Shown: positions 1-8,846, counted from the first letter of the stretch. The stretch is 64,000 bases of DNA from Flavobacterium sp. (GCF_043778725.1 NZ_JAYWFT010000125.1:16842-80841), one strand, 5' to 3'. Numbers and translations are program-made. The notes: a model not told the origin generated them from the sequence alone.

Positions 1-215
1 TCAACATTTGGCAAATTTTCTAGAACACCAAGGGCATTTTCACTCGCTAAAATTCCCATATTAAATTCAATTATTTCAGCATATTCTGCTAAAATATCAG
101 TGGTTACGCAAAGAATATAGTTGCCTTCAAGTAGGTTTTTAAAGATCCAATGTAATTTAGATTTACTTGAAATAGCTACCAAAAGAACATTTGTGTCTAA
201 AACTATTTTTTTCAA
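1..215 (-). CDS. PIN-domain (VapC-like) toxin, 3' end runs off the window
   Basis: Absent from the ORF track. Manual translation from TTG at 215 gives MKKIVLDTNVLLVAISSKSKLHWIF...ILCVTTDILAEYAEII, with the PIN LDTNV motif and a downstream conserved E. It starts 3 nt after the stop of the 219..443 ORF. Confidence 0.8.
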   Translation of the reverse strand, partial: MKKIVLDTNVLLVAISSKSKLHWIFKNLLEGNYILCVTTDILAEYAEIIEFNMGILASENALGVLENLPNV

Positions 216-218
216 TTT

Positions 219-443
219 CTATTTAGATTTTCGCATTTTGGTTTGAAGCAATGCGTCCACTTTTTCACCATTCCATTTTTGCTCATCCCAAACCTTATTT
301 GCTTGATTTATTAGCTTGTCTGCAAAGAAAGAGGCAAGCGTTTTTTTTAAATCTAGTAAATCACTTTCGGGTAAATTGTGTGAAAATGTTTTTAAAAGTT
401 CGAGCTGAACATTAGTAAACGGTTGTTTTAAAATAGATTGCAT
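219..443 (-). CDS. Small protein, putative antitoxin of the PIN toxin
   Basis: 74-aa ORF directly upstream of and co-oriented with the PIN gene, the typical type II TA layout. Confidence 0.55.
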   Translation of the reverse strand: MQSILKQPFTNVQLELLKTFSHNLPESDLLDLKKTLASFFADKLINQANKVWDEQKWNGEKVDALLQTKMRKSK

Positions 444-486
444 ATATGTTATGTTGAAATATATAGTAAATATAAATAATTTATTT

Positions 487-792
487 TTATGCCAAGTTTT
501 TATCTAAAAATCTTTTTATTGACTTTATTTCGGTTTATTTAGATTCTTTTCCTTCTTCAATATCAAAATCATCTTGAAGTCCAAGCCAAAATTTCGCGAA
601 ATTTCCAAAATATTGACTTAATCGTAAAGCTGTATCGGCAGTGATTCTGCGGTTACCTTTAAGAATTTCAGAAATTTTGGTTTGCGGAATTTTCAAATCT
701 TTAGATAATCTATAAGCGCTAATCTCTAAAGGAATTAAAAATTCTTCTTGTAAAACTTTGCCTGGATGTATGTTTTTTAGTTTTAAAACCAT
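487..792 (-). pseudogene. higA: HigA-family (XRE HTH) antitoxin, probably truncated by a premature stop; no HigB partner seen
   Basis: NIHPG..LQEEFL.PL.ISAYRLSKD...RITADTALRLS.YFG...FWLGLQ is the HigA signature. The stop at 535-537 is followed in frame by TEIKSIKRFLDKNLA* ending at 487. Confidence 0.65.
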
Positions 793-889
793 TTTAAAGG
801 ATTTTCATCAAATTTATAAAAGACCAATTACATTTGTGGTATTATCAACAACTTTTTTAAAAACATTATTTTTTTTATTCAAAACAAAC

Positions 890-897
890 TATTTTTG
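890..897 (+). promoter_or_regulatory. Bacteroidota sigma70 -7 box for purD
   Basis: TATTTTTG matches TAnnTTTG, about 105 nt upstream of the ATG. Confidence 0.55.
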
Positions 898-1002
898 CAC
901 GACAACTAAACAGAACAAGTTTTAGAAAAAATTTCTTTACAATTAAAACAATCAGTTTAAATTAAAAAGAGATTCTGAAACAAGTTCAGAATAAACAACA
1001 CA

Positions 1003-2277
1003 ATGACAATTTTACTACTTGGATCGGGCGGAAGAGAACACGCATTAGCATGGAAAATGTTACAATCTAACAAATGTTCTAAACTTTTTGTTGCTCCAGG
1101 AAACGCTGGAACATCACAAATTGCTACAAATGTTGCTCTAAATATTTTAGATTTTGATGCCATAAAAACATTTTCACTTGAAGAAAAAGTAGAAATGATT
1201 GTTGTTGGTCCAGAAGATCCATTGGTTCACGGAATTTATGATTTCTTCAAAAACGATGCTGCTTTAAATCATATTCCTGTAATTGGTCCATCTAAAGTTG
1301 GTGCGCAATTGGAAGGAAGTAAAGAATTTGCTAAAGAATTTCTTATCAAACATAAAATTCCAACTGCAGCTTATGATAGTTTTACAAAAGAAACTGTCGA
1401 AAAAGGATGTAAGTTTTTAGAAACATTACAACCGCCTTATGTTTTAAAAGCGGATGGTTTGGCTGCTGGAAAAGGTGTTTTGATTATTCAAGATTTGGAA
1501 GAAGCTAAGTCTGAATTAAGAAATATGTTGGTTCATGAAAAATTTGGATCAGCAAGTGCAAAAGTGGTTATTGAGGAATTTCTTGACGGAATTGAATTAA
1601 GTTGTTTTGTATTAACCGACGGAAAAAATTACAAAATTCTACCAACGGCGAAAGATTACAAACGAATTGGCGAAGGCGATACTGGTTTAAATACTGGTGG
1701 AATGGGAGCAGTTTCTCCGGTTCCATTTGCGGATGCTGTTTTGTTGGAAAAAATTGAAACCCGAATTGTAAAACCAACAATTGCTGGTTTGCAAAGTGAC
1801 GGAATTGAATATAAAGGTTTTGTTTTTATTGGATTGATAAACGTTAAAGGCGAACCAATCGTTATAGAATACAATGTAAGAATGGGCGATCCAGAAACTG
1901 AAGTCGTGATTCCGAGATTGAAAAGTGATTTAGTGGAACTTTTTCAAGCTGTTGGAAATCAAACATTAAACGAAGTTTCATTAGAGATTGATGAAAGAAG
2001 TGCCACAACAATTATGGTAGTTTCTGGTGGATATCCCGAAGATTATGATAAAGGATTTGAAATTACAGGATTAGAAAACATTGTAGATTCTATTGCTTTT
2101 CATGCCGGAACTACATTAAAAGACGGAAAAGTTTTAACTAATGGTGGTCGTGTTATTGCCGTTACATCATTTGGCGAAAGCTTTCAAGAAGCCATAAAAA
2201 AATCTTATCAAAATATAGACAAGCTACATTTTGATAAGATGTATTTTAGAAAAGATATCGGTTTCGACTTATTTTAA
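1003..2277 (+). CDS. purD: Phosphoribosylamine--glycine ligase
   Basis: [16 protein letters not shown]-terminus, [19 protein letters not shown]-like [17 protein letters not shown]. Confidence 0.97.
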   Translation: MTILLLGSGGREHALAWKMLQSNKCSKLFVAPGNAGTSQIATNVALNILDFDAIKTFSLEEKVEMIVVGPEDPLVHGIYDFFKNDAALNHIPVIGPSKVGAQLEGSKEFAKEFLIKHKIPTAAYDSFTKETVEKGCKFLETLQPPYVLKADGLAAGKGVLIIQDLEEAKSELRNMLVHEKFGSASAKVVIEEFLDGIELSCFVLTDGKNYKILPTAKDYKRIGEGDTGLNTGGMGAVSPVPFADAVLLEKIETRIVKPTIAGLQSDGIEYKGFVFIGLINVKGEPIVIEYNVRMGDPETEVVIPRLKSDLVELFQAVGNQTLNEVSLEIDERSATTIMVVSGGYPEDYDKGFEITGLENIVDSIAFHAGTTLKDGKVLTNGGRVIAVTSFGESFQEAIKKSYQNIDKLHFDKMYFRKDIGFDLF

Positions 2278-2499
2278 GAACGAATGTGCCGTTGTATCTT
2301 GGTTTTCTGTTCCAGCTTCGTCAAAAATACGCAGTTGTTTAATCCAGTAAATCATATAATAGGCACAAACTCCCATTAATGTCCAGCTAACAATGTTTGC
2401 CAACCACCAATTATCTAACTCCAATGCGCGTAACCAATCTAGTGGTTTAAAAAGAAAATCAACAAAAAGTGATTGTATTGCTTCAAAAAATGCTTTCAT
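2269..2499 (-). CDS. Small membrane protein (DUF6341-like), convergent with purD and overlapping it by 9 nt
   Basis: 76 aa with one hydrophobic segment; resembles the small Flavobacteriaceae protein found next to purD. Confidence 0.65.
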   Translation of the reverse strand: MKAFFEAIQSLFVDFLFKPLDWLRALELDNWWLANIVSWTLMGVCAYYMIYWIKQLRIFDEAGTENQDTTAHSFLK

Positions 2500-2635
2500 C
2501 TCATTAAGTTTTATTAATTATTTGTATTCGATGTAATTCGCTATTGAGTATATTTTATTTAAAAAACTTCTGTATAGCTCATTTCATCTTTAAATAGATA
2601 TTATATTTACATCCACAAAAGTATAAAATATCCGC

Positions 2636-3565
2636 ATGATAACAAGTGTTTTTAAAAAATCTACACCAATTAATTATTCTTTTATTGGATTATTAATGAT
2701 TTTATTCTTTTTTGTATTCCAATTTCAGGATACAAAATGGACGAATTCTCTTGTTGAAATAGTTAAAAAGATAGGATTGCTTGCGGTAATTTTCGCATCA
2801 TTATTTATTTCTAATTTTATTGTAAAGAAAAATGCATTGACTAAGGATAGTGGTTATACGCTGTTTTTTTATTTTTTATTTTTGCTTTTTTTCCCCAATG
2901 TTTTAAATAATTACAACTTGGTTTTGGCTAATTTTTTCATCCTTTTATCGATGCGAAGATTGGTTTCATTGCAAACATTAAAAGCGCCAAAAGAAAAAAT
3001 ATTTGATGCTGCACTTTGGATTTTTGTAGCAAGTTTATTTCATTTTTGGGCAATTATCTTCATTTTACTAGTTTATATATCAATAATTTTCCATGTTTCT
3101 AGAGATTACCGAAACTGGTTAATTCCTTTTGTAGCTCTTTTTGTAACGGCTATTATTTTTGTTCTTTATGCATTATTGATTGATAAGTTAGCAATAAATA
3201 CCTATTTACAATCGGAAGTGATGAATTATAGAGTAGATTATTTTACAAATAAATATCAAAATATTGCGCTCTCTATATATGCCGTTTTTGCAGTGTTTTT
3301 TATATTTCCGTCTATTTTTTCTTTAACAAACAAGCCTTTAAACTTACAAGCATCTTATAAAAAAGTACTTTTTGCCGCGTTGTTTGGTATTGTGATTTTT
3401 ATAATTTCGAATAATAAAAGCAATGAAGTTTTGATTTTCACTTTTTTACCAATGGCAATAATGGCAACCAACACCATAGAATATTTGCAGAATAAAATTC
3501 AACAAGAAATTATTTTAGCAGTTTCTATTCTTTGCGGACTGTTTTGCTTCTTTTCGCAGTTATAA
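2636..3565 (+). CDS. Polytopic membrane protein (DUF6427-like)
   Basis: 309 aa with many TM segments, MITSVFKKSTP N-terminus, located beside upp. Confidence 0.65.
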   Translation: MITSVFKKSTPINYSFIGLLMILFFFVFQFQDTKWTNSLVEIVKKIGLLAVIFASLFISNFIVKKNALTKDSGYTLFFYFLFLLFFPNVLNNYNLVLANFFILLSMRRLVSLQTLKAPKEKIFDAALWIFVASLFHFWAIIFILLVYISIIFHVSRDYRNWLIPFVALFVTAIIFVLYALLIDKLAINTYLQSEVMNYRVDYFTNKYQNIALSIYAVFAVFFIFPSIFSLTNKPLNLQASYKKVLFAALFGIVIFIISNNKSNEVLIFTFLPMAIMATNTIEYLQNKIQQEIILAVSILCGLFCFFSQL

Positions 3566-4213
3566 TTTACTTCCGTAGGCTAAATCTCCTGCATCGCCAA
3601 GTCCTGGAATAATGTAATTTTTCTCGTTCAATTTTTCGTCAAGAGCCGCAACCCATAAGTGACAATTATTGGGCAAATTTTCTTGTAAATAGGCAATTCC
3701 TTCAGGTGCAGCAATTACTACTGCAATGTGAATTTCTTTAGGTTTTTGTTCTAAATGTAATTTGTTTAAAACAGCAACAATTGATTGACCTGTTGCCAAC
3801 ATTGGATCAATTAGAATTAAATTTTTATTTTCAAATGATGGTGCGGCTTGATATTCAACTAGAATTTCAAAATAATCATCGTTGTTTGGATGATTTCTGT
3901 AAGCAGAAACAAAACCGTTTTCGGCATTGTCAAAAATATTCATAAACCCAGTATGCAAAGCCAATCCGGCACGAAGAATGGAACACAAAACCACATTATC
4001 TGCAATGGTTGTTGTATGTTTAATTCCGAGTGGCGTTTGTACGTCAATTGCTTTATATTCTAGAGTTTTGCTCAACTCATAAGCCATAATTTCGCCAATG
4101 CGTTCGATATTTTTTCTAAAACGCATGCTGTCTTTTTGAATGTTTACATCACGAATTTGAGCCAAAAAATGGTTAAGAATACTATTGTTTTCAGAGATGT
4201 AATGTAAGTTCAT
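3560..4213 (-). CDS. upp: Uracil phosphoribosyltransferase
   Basis: FRKNIERIGE, SILRAGL, PRPP-binding LIDPMLATGQS, YIIPGLGDAGD. Confidence 0.95.
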   Translation of the reverse strand: MNLHYISENNSILNHFLAQIRDVNIQKDSMRFRKNIERIGEIMAYELSKTLEYKAIDVQTPLGIKHTTTIADNVVLCSILRAGLALHTGFMNIFDNAENGFVSAYRNHPNNDDYFEILVEYQAAPSFENKNLILIDPMLATGQSIVAVLNKLHLEQKPKEIHIAVVIAAPEGIAYLQENLPNNCHLWVAALDEKLNEKNYIIPGLGDAGDLAYGSKL

Positions 4214-4214
4214 A

Positions 4215-4235
4215 AAGTTTCAAGTTTCAAGTTTC
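4215..4235. repeat. Heptamer tandem repeat (AAGTTTC x3)
   Basis: Three perfect copies immediately upstream of the upp start. Confidence 0.8.
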
Positions 4236-4254
4236 AGGTTAAAAGTATAAAAAC

Positions 4255-4262
4255 TATCTTTG
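4255..4262 (+). promoter_or_regulatory. Bacteroidota -7 promoter box for the DUF4254-GT9 genes
   Basis: TATCTTTG; it overlaps the TTG called as a start by the ORF track, favouring the ATG at 4281. Confidence 0.6.
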
Positions 4263-4280
4263 CAAATAAAATTAATCATT

Positions 4281-4886
4281 ATGTTTTCAAAATTTGCCTA
4301 TTCTATATTTGAACAAAGTATCAAGGATTATCATGTTAATGATAATGTAAATCAGCCTATTGCAAATCCGTATCCAAAGGAAAAAATAGAACATTTATTG
4401 TATTTTAAAAATTGGGTTGACACGGTGCAATGGCATTATGAAGATATTATTCGTGATCCAAATATTGATCCGGTTGCAGCATTGACTTTGAAAAGAAAAA
4501 TTGATGCTTCCAATCAAGAACGTACGGATATGGTGGAATATATTGATAGTTATTTTCTTCAAAAATATACAAATGTTGAAGTAAAATTGACTGCAAAAAT
4601 CAATTCAGAATCTCCAGCTTGGACTTTAGATAGATTGTCAATTTTGGCATTGAAAATTTATCACATGAACGAAGAAGCAACTCGTGCAGAAGCTTCGCAA
4701 GAACACAGAGATAAATGTCAAGAAAAACTAAACGTACTTTTGGAACAGAGAACTGATTTATCAACTGCAATCGACGATTTATTGACCGATATTGAAAACG
4801 GTGATAAATTCATGAAAGTGTACAAGCAAATGAAAATGTACAACGACGATGATTTGAATCCGGTTTTGTATCAGAATAAGAAGTAA
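4281..4886 (+). CDS. DUF4254 family protein
   Basis: WVDTVQWHYEDIIRDP...KRKIDASNQERTD...ESPAWTLDRLSILALKIYHM; sits upstream of a GT9 gene. Confidence 0.8.
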   Translation: MFSKFAYSIFEQSIKDYHVNDNVNQPIANPYPKEKIEHLLYFKNWVDTVQWHYEDIIRDPNIDPVAALTLKRKIDASNQERTDMVEYIDSYFLQKYTNVEVKLTAKINSESPAWTLDRLSILALKIYHMNEEATRAEASQEHRDKCQEKLNVLLEQRTDLSTAIDDLLTDIENGDKFMKVYKQMKMYNDDDLNPVLYQNKK

Positions 4887-4902
4887 TCAAACAAAAATTT
4901 CG

Positions 4903-4964
4903 AACCATTAAGGTATTAAGAAAAATTAAGACATAGCTTAATGAACCTTAATACCTTAATGGTT
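4903..4964. repeat. Palindromic intergenic element (AACCATTAAGGTATTAAG family), full copy
   Basis: Perfect 18-bp inverted repeats at 4903-4920 and 4947-4964 around an inner TTAAG/CTTAA pair. Confidence 0.9.
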
Positions 4965-4979
4965 TTAAAAAATAAAATT

Positions 4980-6026
4980 TTGTCACAAAAAATTCAACAT
5001 ATCGCCATAATCCGACTCTCTGCGATGGGCGATGTTGCTATGACAGTTCCTGTTATTAGAGCTTTTGTTGAGCAAAATCCACAGATTAAAGTTACTATAG
5101 TTTCTCGTCCGTTTTTCAAACCATTTTTTGACGGAATTCCCAATCTTACTTTCTTTGAAATAGATTTAGAAAAACGTCACAAAGGTTTTCTAGGTTTGTT
5201 GCGATTGTATGCCGATTTGAAGCAATTAAATATTGATGCCATTGCCGATTTGCACAATGTTTTACGTTCTAAAGTTATAAGAACATTATTTGCCTTGAGC
5301 GGAAAAAAAGTAGCTTTTACAGACAAAGGAAGAAGTGAGAAAAAAGCATTGACGCGTGCCGAAAATAAAGTTTTCAAACCATTAAAATCCATGTTTGAAA
5401 GACATGTTGCTACGTTTACTAAACTTGGTTTTTCTGTTGATTTATCTTCACCAAATTTTCCTAAAAAAGCGATTTTATCGGATGTAGTTTTATCTGTTTC
5501 TGGTGAAAAGAAAAATCAAAAATGGATTGGAATTGCGCCATTCGCTCAATACGAATCGAAAGTGTATCCACAAGATTTAATGCAAAAAGTAATTCATGAA
5601 TTGGCATCGCATAACAACAATAAAATCTTTCTTTTTGGTGGCGGAAATAAGGAAATCGAAATCTTAAATCTGTTTTCTAAAAATAAAGAAAATGTAATTG
5701 TCGTTGCAGGAAAATTAAATCTAGAACAAGAATTACAATTAATTTCCAATCTTGACGTAATGCTTTCAATGGATTCTGGAAACGCTCATATTGCTGCGAT
5801 GTTGGGAATAAAAGTTGTTTCACTTTGGGGTTCAACACATCCGTTTGCAGGTTTTTCTCCGTTTAATCAACCTTTAGAAAATAGTTTGGTTTCGGATAGA
5901 GAGAAATATCCATTATTACCAACTTCGGTTTATGGGAATAAAAAAGTTGTAGGTTATGATGATGTTATGAGGAGTATTTCTGTGGAGAGTGTTTTGGAGA
6001 AGATTGATTTGGTTTTGAACCATTGA
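4980..6026 (+). CDS. Glycosyltransferase family 9 (LPS heptosyltransferase-like)
   Basis: IIRLSAMGDVAM, IADLHNVLRS, MLSMDSGNAHIAAMLG, LWGSTHP. Start set at TTG 4980 because the upstream ATGs lie inside the palindromic element. Confidence 0.88.
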   Translation: MSQKIQHIAIIRLSAMGDVAMTVPVIRAFVEQNPQIKVTIVSRPFFKPFFDGIPNLTFFEIDLEKRHKGFLGLLRLYADLKQLNIDAIADLHNVLRSKVIRTLFALSGKKVAFTDKGRSEKKALTRAENKVFKPLKSMFERHVATFTKLGFSVDLSSPNFPKKAILSDVVLSVSGEKKNQKWIGIAPFAQYESKVYPQDLMQKVIHELASHNNNKIFLFGGGNKEIEILNLFSKNKENVIVVAGKLNLEQELQLISNLDVMLSMDSGNAHIAAMLGIKVVSLWGSTHPFAGFSPFNQPLENSLVSDREKYPLLPTSVYGNKKVVGYDDVMRSISVESVLEKIDLVLNH

Positions 6027-6050
6027 GGTATTAAGTTTTACTGAATGGTT
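6018..6050. repeat. Collapsed copy of the AACCATTAAGG palindromic element, containing the GT9 stop codon
   Basis: AACCATTGAGGTATTAAG (17/18 match to the arm), then TTTTACT (the same loop as the 58073 copy), then GAATGGTT. Confidence 0.7.
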
Positions 6051-6130
6051 TACCGTGTCGCGAGATTGCGAAATGTGAAAGTGAACTTACTACAAAATTC
6101 GCAATTGCTAGAAAAGCTGTTGGGCGCAGT
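6043..6130 (-). mobile_element. attC-like site (partial) directly after the DUF6602-like gene
   Basis: On the minus strand the stop codon runs into ACTGCGCCCAAC, which contains RYYYAAC. There is an internal 8-bp inverted repeat ATTGCGAA/TTCGCAAT (6065-6072 / 6098-6105). The distal GTTRRRY box is missing. Confidence 0.5.
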
Positions 6131-6999
6131 TATTTTTTTATAATTTGATTTATCATATTTGCCCAAGGCATTCTTCCTAATCGAATATAATCAATAGCAT
6201 GAATTAAGTATGCTAAAAATAACCCATATGTTAGGTTTTCTGCTATATGAACTCCATAAAAATTTTCTTTATCAGGCAACGAAAATATTGTTTCGACTCC
6301 ATCACTCTTACTTTCATCATAATAATGACCTGTTGCTAAATAGTTAGATTTCCCCATTATAATCAGTTCTGGATTGAAAATTGATTTATCTATATCTTTT
6401 GAAAACAATAATTTATTTATTTCATTTTTGTCTGTTATTCTGTTTGTTGGGTTTTCAAAAGCTACATATCTACTAATAATTGCTGTAAATATTGGGTTTC
6501 TATGTTTTGGTAAATGGTCGCATTTTATATCATTTTTAAATTCAGGTAAATGAGGATCAATTTGAAAAATTCCAATTTTTGATCTTTGCTCACATAATTC
6601 TTTAATTTTTTTGACTTGTGAAACCGCATTATTAACACTCGATTTTGAAGTTAAATTACCCAAAATTATTGTATGTTTAGCTTCTATATATGCATAAACA
6701 GCTTCAATTGGTATTTGTTCTTTACGAGAAAAATTTTCTTTATCATTTATTCTTAAAGTTGGAAATCGTTCTTGGTCATAAATAATAATATCATCTCCAG
6801 CCATTTCGCCTGATTCAGATACTACAAAACCTCTACAAATTCCATATTTTAAAGGTAAAAACGAACGTAATATTTCACAAATTGCTAATTCAAATTCTAT
6901 TCCGTATTCGAAACCATAAGTTCCAGATATGTCATCTAATCTTCTATTGAATTTTTCTGATAAAGTTCTAATGTAATTATTATATAGAAGTTGTTCCAT
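6130..6999 (-). CDS. DUF6602-like protein, predicted PD-(D/E)xK nuclease fold
   Basis: FELAICEILRSFLP.KYGICRGFVV...GDDIIIYD...IPIEAVYAYIEAK. Start set at ATG 6999 (MEQLL) because the GTG at 7050 overlaps the upstream gene. Confidence 0.65.
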   Translation of the reverse strand: MEQLLYNNYIRTLSEKFNRRLDDISGTYGFEYGIEFELAICEILRSFLPLKYGICRGFVVSESGEMAGDDIIIYDQERFPTLRINDKENFSRKEQIPIEAVYAYIEAKHTIILGNLTSKSSVNNAVSQVKKIKELCEQRSKIGIFQIDPHLPEFKNDIKCDHLPKHRNPIFTAIISRYVAFENPTNRITDKNEINKLLFSKDIDKSIFNPELIIMGKSNYLATGHYYDESKSDGVETIFSLPDKENFYGVHIAENLTYGLFLAYLIHAIDYIRLGRMPWANMINQIIKK

Positions 7000-7027
7000 A
7001 TTTCGGTTTTTTATAATTGAGCCCAAA

Positions 7028-7336
7028 TCACAAATATATCTGATTATCACGACAAATCTCCAAAATATAACTCTTTAAATTAGAAATAGTTTCTTGATAA
7101 TTTGGTGCTTCATAGCCAAAACGCTCGTGTTCTAATTGTTCTTTTTCGATGGCCTTGCAACCTTTTATAACTTCCTTAATCATATCGAGTAGGATTAATT
7201 CTTTGTTTTTGTTTTTTTCAAATTTAAAATCCACCAACTCGTCTTCCAACTTTTCACAATAATCCAAAAGCTCTTGAACTTCTGGTTCGTCCAAAAGATC
7301 TTGAGCTTTTTTAAATATTTCGAGTTTGTTTCGCAT
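7028..7336 (-). CDS. Hypothetical acidic helical protein
   Basis: 102-aa ORF with ATG start, co-oriented in the accessory stack; no motif recognised. Confidence 0.6.
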   Translation of the reverse strand: MRNKLEIFKKAQDLLDEPEVQELLDYCEKLEDELVDFKFEKNKNKELILLDMIKEVIKGCKAIEKEQLEHERFGYEAPNYQETISNLKSYILEICRDNQIYL

Positions 7337-7385
7337 AGTTTAAAAACAAGGTTAATTTAAAATTGAAATCTAAAAAATCTTTTAT

Positions 7386-7778
7386 CTAAAGGATATGATC
7401 ATTTTTACCACTCCATGAAAATACTTCATATGTAACATTTGGTTCTTTTTCAATTTGTGAAACATTATTAATTAATGTAGTTTCAAACCAAATTTTATTT
7501 TTATTAGCAATAACCCAAAGAATGGAATCTTTAAAAATATTATTAAGTATGTATTTTAGTTCTTCAAAATTATCAATCGAATAGGCAGAATTTTCAAAAT
7601 GATTTTGTATCCATATAGAATTATCTTCCAGAGTAAGGACTACTAGATTGCCTATTTTTGCATTATTAAAATTTGTAATGTTCAATAGTAATAATTCGTC
7701 ATAACTTTCATTTTCAAAAATTAAATCAGGATAATTTAAGAGAAATTCAATGTAAATATTTTTTGAAAAACTATTCAT
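7386..7778 (-). CDS. Hypothetical protein
   Basis: 130 aa; its ATG abuts the stop of the upstream reductase (TAAATG); very AT-rich. Confidence 0.55.
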   Translation of the reverse strand: MNSFSKNIYIEFLLNYPDLIFENESYDELLLLNITNFNNAKIGNLVVLTLEDNSIWIQNHFENSAYSIDNFEELKYILNNIFKDSILWVIANKNKIWFETTLINNVSQIEKEPNVTYEVFSWSGKNDHIL

Positions 7779-8831
7779 TTAGACATCATCATAATCAACA
7801 ACAATTTCACTTGATGTTGGATGTGCTTGACAGGTCAAAATTAATCCGCTTGCGACTTCTTTATCGGTTAGTATGGAGTTCTTTTTCATTTCTGCACTTC
7901 CCGATTTTACTCTTGCTAAACAGCTGCTGCAAATTCCGCCTTGGCATGAATATGGTGCGTCAAGTCCTTGTTTTAATGCAGCTTCAAGTACAGTTTGCTT
8001 TTGCGACATTTCAAAAGTTGCTTCGTCACCATCAACTAAAACTGTGATTTTAGTATGACCATCATGAGATGCAGCAGCAGTATTTTCTACAGAAGAAGTA
8101 GAGAAAAGTTCGAATTTTATATTTTTTTCGGCAACATTATGCTCTTTTAAAACATCAGAAACTAAATTAATCATTTCTTCTGGACCGCATAAATAAAACT
8201 TAGAAAATTCTTTTTCTTTGTGTTTGTTGTTCAGTACAAAATTCACAATGGATTTGTCAATTCTGCCAAAAAGTTCGTTTTCAACTTTAGTTTGACTGTA
8301 GACAAAATGAGGAAAAAAGCGTCCTACATAGTGTTGTTGTAAATCGTGTAATTCTTGATGAAAGATAGTTTCTTCGGGTGTTTTGTTTCCGTAAATTAGA
8401 ACAAAAGTGCTGTCTTTTTCGTTTTTTAAAACCGATTTTAAAATCGACATTACTGGTGTAATTCCGCTTCCGGCAACAAATGCAGCATAATTTTTTAGTT
8501 TGTCAACTTGAGGTTCAAATGTAAATTTTCCTTCGGGTTGACCAACTTCTATAAGATCACCAACTTTTAAATTCTCGTTAGCAAATTTAGAGAAATTACC
8601 ATTTTTTACCGACTTAATAGCTATGCGCAATTCACCACTATCTGGCGAAGAACAAATAGAATAAGCACGACGAATTTCTTGTCCGTCAAGCGTAAGTTTT
8701 AAGTTAATATATTGACCTGCAATAAATTGATAAGCCGATTGTAATTCGGACGGAACATTAAAAACTACAGAAACCGCATTTGGAGTTTCGCGTTTTACTT
8801 CTTTGATTTGTAATTTATAAAAAGCTGACAT
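7779..8831 (-). CDS. Ferredoxin--NADP reductase family flavoprotein with C-terminal 2Fe-2S domain (PaaE-like)
   Basis: RRAYSICS (FAD), AGSGITP (NAD), YLCGPEEM, PYSCQGGICSSC and LTCQ (2Fe-2S). Confidence 0.9.
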   Translation of the reverse strand: MSAFYKLQIKEVKRETPNAVSVVFNVPSELQSAYQFIAGQYINLKLTLDGQEIRRAYSICSSPDSGELRIAIKSVKNGNFSKFANENLKVGDLIEVGQPEGKFTFEPQVDKLKNYAAFVAGSGITPVMSILKSVLKNEKDSTFVLIYGNKTPEETIFHQELHDLQQHYVGRFFPHFVYSQTKVENELFGRIDKSIVNFVLNNKHKEKEFSKFYLCGPEEMINLVSDVLKEHNVAEKNIKFELFSTSSVENTAAASHDGHTKITVLVDGDEATFEMSQKQTVLEAALKQGLDAPYSCQGGICSSCLARVKSGSAEMKKNSILTDKEVASGLILTCQAHPTSSEIVVDYDDV

Positions 8832-8846
8832 TTAGTTATTTTTTTA

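Noticed and set aside
793-1000. Possible higB toxin upstream of higA
   Set aside because: No ORF of suitable length or HigB/RelE motif on the minus strand; the region holds the purD promoter
4941-4979. Extended GT9 N-terminus (MNLNTLMVLK...)
   Set aside because: Both ATGs lie inside the palindromic repeat; family-like sequence begins near TTG 4980
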